Below are positions 55,171 through 64,000 of a DNA stretch of 64,000 nt, piece by piece. This DNA is from Octopus vulgaris (taxonomy: Eukaryota): positions 26,846,001 through 26,910,000 of the forward strand of contig OX597823.1 of assembly GCA_951406725.2 (NCBI GenBank), written 5' to 3'. Position 1 is the stretch's first letter. Every line of letters begins with the position of its first letter. The translations under genes were made by a program, and so were the position numbers. The notes below the pieces were generated by a model. That model had not been told where the DNA came from, did not search any database, and saw only the letters and a program-made list of their open reading frames with translations.

Positions 55171-55370
55171 CCTATTTACGACTTAATCGTATTTCTTGTT
55201 GATGGACACTGCTGCGGGTTGTTGGAAGATATGCAGATTTTCACATTGGCTACAAACATTACTGTAGGTATCTTTGCATACAGTAATGTATGTATATAAA
55301 CGTCTGTTTATGTTGATGCTACTTCCTTGCGTTTGTAAAAACTGAGACTATATATAAATGAATATATAAA

Positions 55371-55724
<354 letters not shown>

Positions 55725-55964
55725 TCGAAACAAGGAGTAGATGTAACAGGGACAACTGATGCAGAGGAATATTCTGCATGTCTCATGTCTCGTTTCTATG
55801 TTCGTTTCGTTGTTCGAATAAATGTTCGTTTTTGATGTTTTTGCTTTTATGTTTTCGCTTTTCGTTGTGTTCAACGTTTTGTTTTGATGTCCTGTACACA
55901 TAGATGCATGTATATATACATATATATATAAATGTAGGTATGTACATATATGTATGTATATATG

Positions 55965-55999
<35 letters not shown>

Positions 56000-56140
56000 A
56001 ATATAAGAGAGTGGTCACTATATTGCTCACTCTAGCACCAGTTTATTGCTCACTATATTGCTCACTCTAGCACCAATTATTTATATATATATATATATAT
56101 ATTTATATATTATTTATATTATATATATATATATATATAT

Positions 56141-56287
56141 GAATAAATGAAAGAATGGAGTCGAACGAAGATTTTAACAAAATTCCATTACTCTCGACAC
56201 ATGTTTCGAAGACGGCATACTTTTAATTCCGAAGGAATAAATGGTGCATTATGTCATCTTCTCATCCTGATGAGAAGATGGCATAAT
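56141..56287 (-). ncRNA. Hammerhead-ribozyme-like motif with terminal fold-back (probably a PLE terminal-repeat fragment)
   Basis: Minus strand: gatga-gaagatgacata...tatgccgtcttc-gaaa-catgt-gtc. The plus-strand fold-back arm carries canonical ctgatga. Confidence 0.45.
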
Positions 56288-56309
56288 ATATATATATATA
56301 TATAAAAAA

Positions 56310-56397
<88 letters not shown>

Positions 56398-56419
56398 TAT
56401 AACCCACGTCAATAAACCA

Positions 56420-56555
56420 CACTTGTTCGTTGAAGCGTAGGCTCGAAACGTAAAAGACTTGTTTTATTTATATTCCTGAGCGCCATACTAATACAAATGT
56501 TTGTTTGTACTCCTCCTGCCTTCGTCTTTTGTTTATTTTCATAAAGCTTCTCGTT
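56420..56555 (+). mobile_element. Second copy of the 55.4-kb repeat, inverted
   Basis: gctcgaaacgtaaaagacttg..ttcctgagcgccatactaatacaa..cctgccttcgtcttttg is the reverse complement of 55425-55535. Confidence 0.8.
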
Positions 56556-56625
56556 ATATATATATGTGTAGACATACACACGCGCACACAAATATACACA
56601 CGCACATATATATGTGTATGTCTGT

Positions 56626-56662
<37 letters not shown>

Positions 56663-56923
56663 CATTATCAGAATGGTTTCATGCAAGCTATTACATTAAT
56701 TTTTTGAATTTGCAAGTCTTCTTCTTAAGGTTATTTTCTTTTTCTCTCATATCCAAGATAAAGATGTTATTTTGTTTGTCACAATTACTCATGGAAAAAA
56801 AATCTCATTTGCTTTATCTACATCTGCACTTGTATTTATCGCTGACACTGTCACTTATACAAATACTGAGGCATTTGTGAATGTATACGCATGTGCATTC
56901 ATATGCATACATACATACATACA

Positions 56924-56956
<33 letters not shown>

Positions 56957-57084
56957 GTTTATGCATGTATGTATGCTTACATATATGGATATATACATAT
57001 ATACACACGTATATTTATACATGTATGATATATAAATATAAATAAATAAATAAATATATATATATATATATATATCCATATAAT

Positions 57085-57273
57085 CAGACGTTTATATACA
57101 TACATTAATGTATGAAAGACGCCTACATTAACGTTTGTAACTAATGCCTATTTACGTACACACACATATATATGTGTGTGTGTGTGTGTGTGTGTATGTG
57201 TGTGTGTGTACGTAAATATGCACTGGTTACGAACATTAATGTAGACGTATTTCATGCATGTATGTAAACGTCT
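57085..57273. repeat. Diverged fold-back element enclosing a (TG)n microsatellite
   Basis: Arms cagacgttt..ctacattaa..tatttacgtacacacaca and tgtgtgtacgtaaata..ttaatgtag..aaacgtctg. A single-arm relative lies at ~55240-55320. Confidence 0.7.
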
Positions 57274-57517
57274 GTTTATGTGGATGCTGCTTTTGTTAAA
57301 ATTGAGTTTATATATGTATTAAAATATATTCGCTTACATCATATATTCGGGCGTAGGCGTAGAGTAAGAGATACATGCACTCGTACATGTGTAAGCAAAC
57401 ATAAATATATGTGCGTATAAACATTTATCGATATACAGTGAGAAATTATATGTATTTATTTATGTGTGTGAGTATGTATGTTTGTATATATATATATATA
57501 AATTCCTGTATTAAATC

Positions 57518-57599
57518 TGATAAATTTGATAGGTTTCGGCAAGTATAGGCCCAGGGCATGTCTAACTTAATAGCACCACTAAATGAAGTGTTTCAGTCA
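57518..57599 (-). mobile_element. Diverged 3' end of the 6.3-8.2 kb LINE family
   Basis: The reverse complement matches 8071-8150 (gtggtgctattaagttagacatg.cctgggcc...gccgaaacctatcaaa). Confidence 0.85.
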
Positions 57600-57821
57600 T
57601 ATATAAGGCTTTGATTTACATATGAAAAGAATATACAGAATACGCAACACACACAAGCACACACACACATATACACACACATGCACACACACACATACAT
57701 GTATATAACAATCAACCTGCCGAGTATTTACTAATCTGTAAATATGTCTATGTACGAGTATACATGATTATACATATACACATACACACACAGCACACAC
57801 ACATACATATTATATATATGC

Positions 57822-57991
<170 letters not shown>

Positions 57992-58321
57992 ACAAATATA
58001 TATGATATACGTACGCACACACATAAACGCGCGAACACGCACACAAGTTATGTTTATCGTTACATACATAGCTTCATTTGATATTCTATATTTTACTATC
58101 AAAATGCGTTTCCCACTCTGTGGACATTTAAGTATCATCTTGAAAATTGTCTTGAGGATTGTTTGTTTAAGCAAGATTTGCCTGCATCCATGATAAAACG
58201 AGGAAAAAATAACAAATATAAACTCCAGAAAACTTTAAGTGTATGCATGAAAAGGAAGCGTAAATTTCATATGAATCAATTTGAAAGAGCGATGTATCTC
58301 TCGCTCTCTCTGTCTCCCTAC

Positions 58322-58393
<72 letters not shown>

Positions 58394-61300
58394 TGTGTAT
58401 GTGGGAGAGAGAGAGAGAAGGAGAGAGAGAAAGAAAGAGAATGATATCGAATCGTGGAATTATTATGGAATCCCAATGTAATACGATCCCATCTTCTCCA
58501 TACTGCCTTTCTTTATTTACTATTGATTTTGTTTTCTTTATCTAAACTACAAAATCAATAATGCTCATCTATATAAGTCGGCATATCCTCTGTAGCATAT
58601 GTTGCAGCAGTGCTGTTTTCTGATCGCCAGGCTGGAGGAAGAGAAAAGATAAAACTATTCATTTAACTTATGCGTTCTTTAGGAAATTTGCTGAAGGCTT
58701 ATCTTTTGTTTATCATGTGAATTGTTAGATCTTTAGTTTATTTTAGCGATCAGGGCGAAACATGTTGGAGCGCCTTCTTCCACTTCCTCTCTGTTTTCTT
58801 TTTTTATTAATTTATTAATTTATTAATTTGAAATGCTGAGCTGGCAAAAAGGTTAGTGTGTCGGACAAAATGGTTAACCATATTTCTTGTACAGAGGCGG
58901 TACCATAACCAAAGCGGTAAATCAACTCGTGGTTATTGTTAGTTGAAAATATATATTTATTCTGGCTCTTTACATTCCGAGTTCAAATTCCATTAATGTC
59001 GACTTCACCTTTCATCCTTTCATCCTGAAATACATACTAGTCTAGTACTGGAGTTGACGAATTCCACTAAAACCTCCTTTCTGAAATGCTGGCCTCGTAC
59101 CAAACATTAAAACCACCCTTTTTTACTTAAGTCGGCCAGCTGCGAGAATTGTTTCAGTGTCGGCAAAAAGTGTTTAGCGCAGTACCTTTCGGCGTTTTTT
59201 ACATTCATCGTTGAAATCCTGCTGAGTTCGACTTTGTCTTTCATCCTATTGGGGTAAACAAAATATGTACCGGTTGAGCATTGGAGTTGTATTCGACTTA
59301 CTCCGTCGAAACCAAATTGCTCGCCAGAACATGAATCTTGTGCCAAAATTGGAAACCGTTGCTTTACTTGGACTGATGGTAAATTAACAGAATTGTTAGA
59401 GCATCATGAAAAATGCTTTGAGGGATTTCTTCCGATTATTTACTTTCTGAGTTGAAATCCTGCCGGAGTCACCCTTACCTTTTCTCGTTTCGAGTATAAG
59501 GTTTCAGTCAAGACTGAGATTGATGATGTCGACTATTTTCTTTCACTCAAAACAGTTTTGAGAGCCATTTGGATTGCCGTCAATCTGTGGCACTGCCTTG
59601 AAATAAGGAGTTCATTAAATCGATATAAGTACTGATTTTAAGTCTGACACTACTTCTACAAGTTTATTTTGCTGAACTGCTAAGTTGTAGAGACACGAAC
59701 AAAACCAGCACAACATCAGTGTTCAAGCTGTGATATATATATATATACACACACACACACAAACACACTCACCCAACACACACACACACATCATGATGGT
59801 TTTCCATATAGGTTTCATCTCCCAAATTTATTGACAGCTCGGTGCTATAGCAGATACTTACCCAAGATACTGTGCATTGAACTGGGAACCATATGATTGG
59901 TAAGTGTTCTTCTTAACCACACAGTTATGACTGCGTATCTGACAAATGAAAACCAAAACGAAAGAAACAAATGTTTTCAAACTGTTTATGTATAGTAGAG
60001 TAACGAAGATATTTAATCTCTTAACGTTTATCCCGCTTTTAGTGCAGAGGCCTTCATTTTTATTCACGTTGTTCATACGACAGAAATCCTGTTCCAAAAA
60101 TCATATTGCCTCATCTGATTTTAGAAGGCCTGTAAACATCAGTCGAATATTGAATGTTCTGCTTCCAGCCACACAGAAACCAATGATAGATTGCTGAATC
60201 GAACTCAGAAGGCAGGAACCAGAACAAATATCGCAAGGCCTTTCGTTAGACACTTTCACAATTCGGAAAACTCACAACCCAAGGCCGATACTTTATTCAT
60301 CGGTCAAGGAATAAAGCGTATGGCTTTCCAACTTGGGACGTAGTTATCTTGGCTGTGGAACCGAGCTATAACGCCTAGTGTTGAGCATAACACTTCATTC
60401 ATTCGACGATGAAGATTCAGTGGTCCTATCAGCTGGTTTACTTGTGCCTGAATTAACGGGTAAATGAATAAACATTCCGCGGGTGCATGCGCATTTAACG
60501 TTAATTTCAAGCAGAATCAGCATGCATACATACAATACATATATACATGTATACATACAAACACACATAGACATGAAACTATATGCATGAGAATACATAC
60601 ATAAAACAAGACATACAAATCTGCACACATGCATACATACATACATACATACATACATACATACATACATACATACATACATACATACATACAAACAAAA
60701 ATACCTTGTTGATGTTGTTGAAGTCCCAATGAAGGAGCCTTGGATCTTGGTTAGAAACCAGTTCTTTCTCTATTGGCAAGGAATCTTGAAATAAAACTGA
60801 ATAATGACAAACATGCATTCATACATACACACATACATACATACATACATAATACATACATACACACACATACATACACACATACATACATACATATAAA
60901 CACACATACATTCACACATACATACATACATACATACATACATACATACATACATACATAAATGCATGCATGCATGAATATATGCGCACACTTAGTTGTA
61001 TGTGTCTGCAAAGACACATATACAATGTCATGATGTACAGAGGTACAAACACCGGAGTACTAAAGAGACATGTTCACACAGATCATAAATTCAGGCGTAT
61101 AACACTACATATGTACACACACTAATTTAACCAGATGTCGACAAACCTCGGGAACTGTCTTAACTCAAAAAGTTTTGTGACATTTTTAATGACCGCCTTG
61201 AACTCCATGACAAGCTTAAATATATCTCAAAGAAAACATATATCCATACGTGTATACATGCAACCATACACACTCATAAACACACACACACGCACGCACA

Positions 61301-62239
61301 CACACGCATACACACACACGCACGCACACACACGCATACACACACACGCACACACACACACCTACATGTCTATGTTTATATTCTTTATTCTATGATACAA
61401 CGCCGTACCAGTAAGTGGGCACTCACGTTTAACCATTTCAATTATCTTCTGCCTCACTCGTTATTGATTCGGTGAGCTGACGTCCTCTAACCTCCTGCTG
61501 TGAATTACATTTAATTAAATGCATTAACGTTAAATGAAGTTCATAATTAACTTTAAAATGTTGTGGAGCCTATACTGTGGAGATAGTAATCAATCGTTAT
61601 ATCAAGTCTGAAAATATAGCCACAGTACCTGGTTTGAGTTGTATTCATATCATGCCCGTGTTCCTACAAAGGGGCGAGGTAATTTTGTTCTGATTGAGCT
61701 AGTTCGTGTACACATTTCCTTCATAACTTTCCAAGGGTCAGATATTTATTTTACTTAATTACTTCACTCCCTACCGACCTTAGGCTTTTGACGGCTTTTT
61801 TCAGTCTTTTCACCTCCGCCTCCTTGAAGGATGGCCTTCCTTTCCTAAGTTTTCGAATTATCATCAATGCTTCTTTGCTTTTTTTCTAGATAGGGGTGCT
61901 GGTCCTATTCAAACCCATTTTTACTTCTGGGAAGAGGCGGTCCATATTAATCCGGCCTCTTTGACCTGTCCTGCGTAAGATGCCCTACTAAAGCTTGTGC
62001 ACTGCTGTTTTAGCTCTTAGGGTCTTGAGTTATACAAGCCACCACACTGCAACAAGGACTGGGCTCTGTGATAAAAGAGTCAGATGGAGGAGGCCAAAAT
62101 CTGATTCCGACGAAAATTGGAGATGGTCTAACAATGGCAGCAATCATGGATTCATTAGCGAAATTATAGGAATTTGAATTTTCAATCCTCACAGTAATTT
62201 AAATTCGTCAGCTTTTATATGAATTCATATATTAGTCAT

Positions 62240-62880
<641 letters not shown>

Positions 62881-63611
62881 TATTTCAACTCTTTTACTCA
62901 ATAACAAATTTCAGTAAACGGACTGAGTCCATACAAGGTGCCACCTTCGCTATACAAATATTTGACTTGCGTATTGGTGTTGCTGTTCCGAATATTTCCC
63001 AAACTAAAGAACTTATTCTTTCGGCTGTATATTCAAACATTTCTATTACGTTTTAATTATGTTAACTTGTCTTCGTATAATGTCTTATTCTGGTATATAT
63101 ATTTGTATATACAAATATATATGACAGTAACTTAGTATGTGTAAAAGATTACTATTATTTTATTATAAAGATCCGTAAATAGAATCTGGCCTGAAAGCAT
63201 GTACATATCTGAAAAGGAATAAGCCATCTGATGTCGACCAGACAGTAAATAAATGGAAATGTATAGATATGTATTGTAAATGCATCGTCGATAAATAAAA
63301 TTAATAGTTTGGTAAATTATAAAGGAAGGAGTCGTTGTTGTTTAAATTCAAGTCAAAGCTGTTCCATCCACGAACATCTCGTCATCTATTTTTAGACATA
63401 ATATATATGTAGGACTACATTATCGAATATTTTCTCCTCTTTTATTCAACACTATTGTTGTATAACATTATCACTCACTTGTTCTTTCAAAACGTATATA
63501 CTAATAACGGTGATCGATGAAAACCAAGAAACCAAGACTTCGAACGCGGTTGATTGGGTTTCATGTGTCGTCCCTAGATAGCTCATAAGATCGATTTCTG
63601 GCATGGAAATA

Positions 63612-63843
63612 ACCTATTTCTTTACTACCCACATGGGGCTAAACACAGAGAGGACAAACAAGAACAGACAAATGGATTAAGTCGATTAAATTGACCCCAG
63701 TGCGTGATTGGTACTTAATTTATCGACCCCGAAAGGATGAAAGGCAAAGTAGACCTCGACGGAATTTGAACTCAGAACGTAACGACAGACGAAATACGGC
63801 TACGCATTTCGCCCGGCGTGCTAACGATTCTGCCAGCTTGCCG
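63612..63843 (-). mobile_element. SINE family B
   Basis: Reverse complement of 12488-12722. Confidence 0.88.
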
Positions 63844-64000
63844 AACCGTCATTGTGGTCACTAGCTTCATTTGAATTACCCTTGTAAGGATTTTGTACAT
63901 TTGCTAATGAGGGTTTAGCAAAGGTGTCAGTTCTGTTGAAGCTGTTCCTAAGATGCTGTGATAACACTCATATCTCTAAATGCTATTTTCACATTACCGT

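Noticed and set aside
56016-56075. 26-bp direct repeat tcactatattgctcactctagcacca
   Set aside because: Only two copies; a simple local slippage duplication.
61740-62200. GC-richer segment that might be a decayed retroelement ORF
   Set aside because: I could read no diagnostic motif in any frame.

Overview
This is AT-rich, microsatellite-saturated animal genomic DNA. The SINE and LINE families point to an octopus or other coleoid cephalopod, but this is an inference. No host protein-coding gene can be supported, and most short ORFs in the track are (TA)n/(CA)n/(TATC)n artefacts. Nearly everything recognisable is transposon-derived. The main element is a near-intact full-length CR1-group LINE (~29.9-35.4 kb, minus strand). 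Its ORF1 combines a Myb/SANT trihelix-like domain with a CCCH zinc finger, its ORF2 is broken by a single 1-bp frameshift, and it has a ~1.2-kb tandem-repeat 5' region. Also present: other CR1-group, RTE, R4/Dong and Tx1-like LINE fragments, a Penelope-like remnant, short repeats with hammerhead-ribozyme-like motifs, three tRNA-type SINE families (one sharing its 3' stem-loop with the full-length LINE), mariner, Tigger and hAT relics, several long fold-back palindromes, and a local segmental duplication. Coordinates were read by eye, and the boundaries of degenerate elements are approximate.
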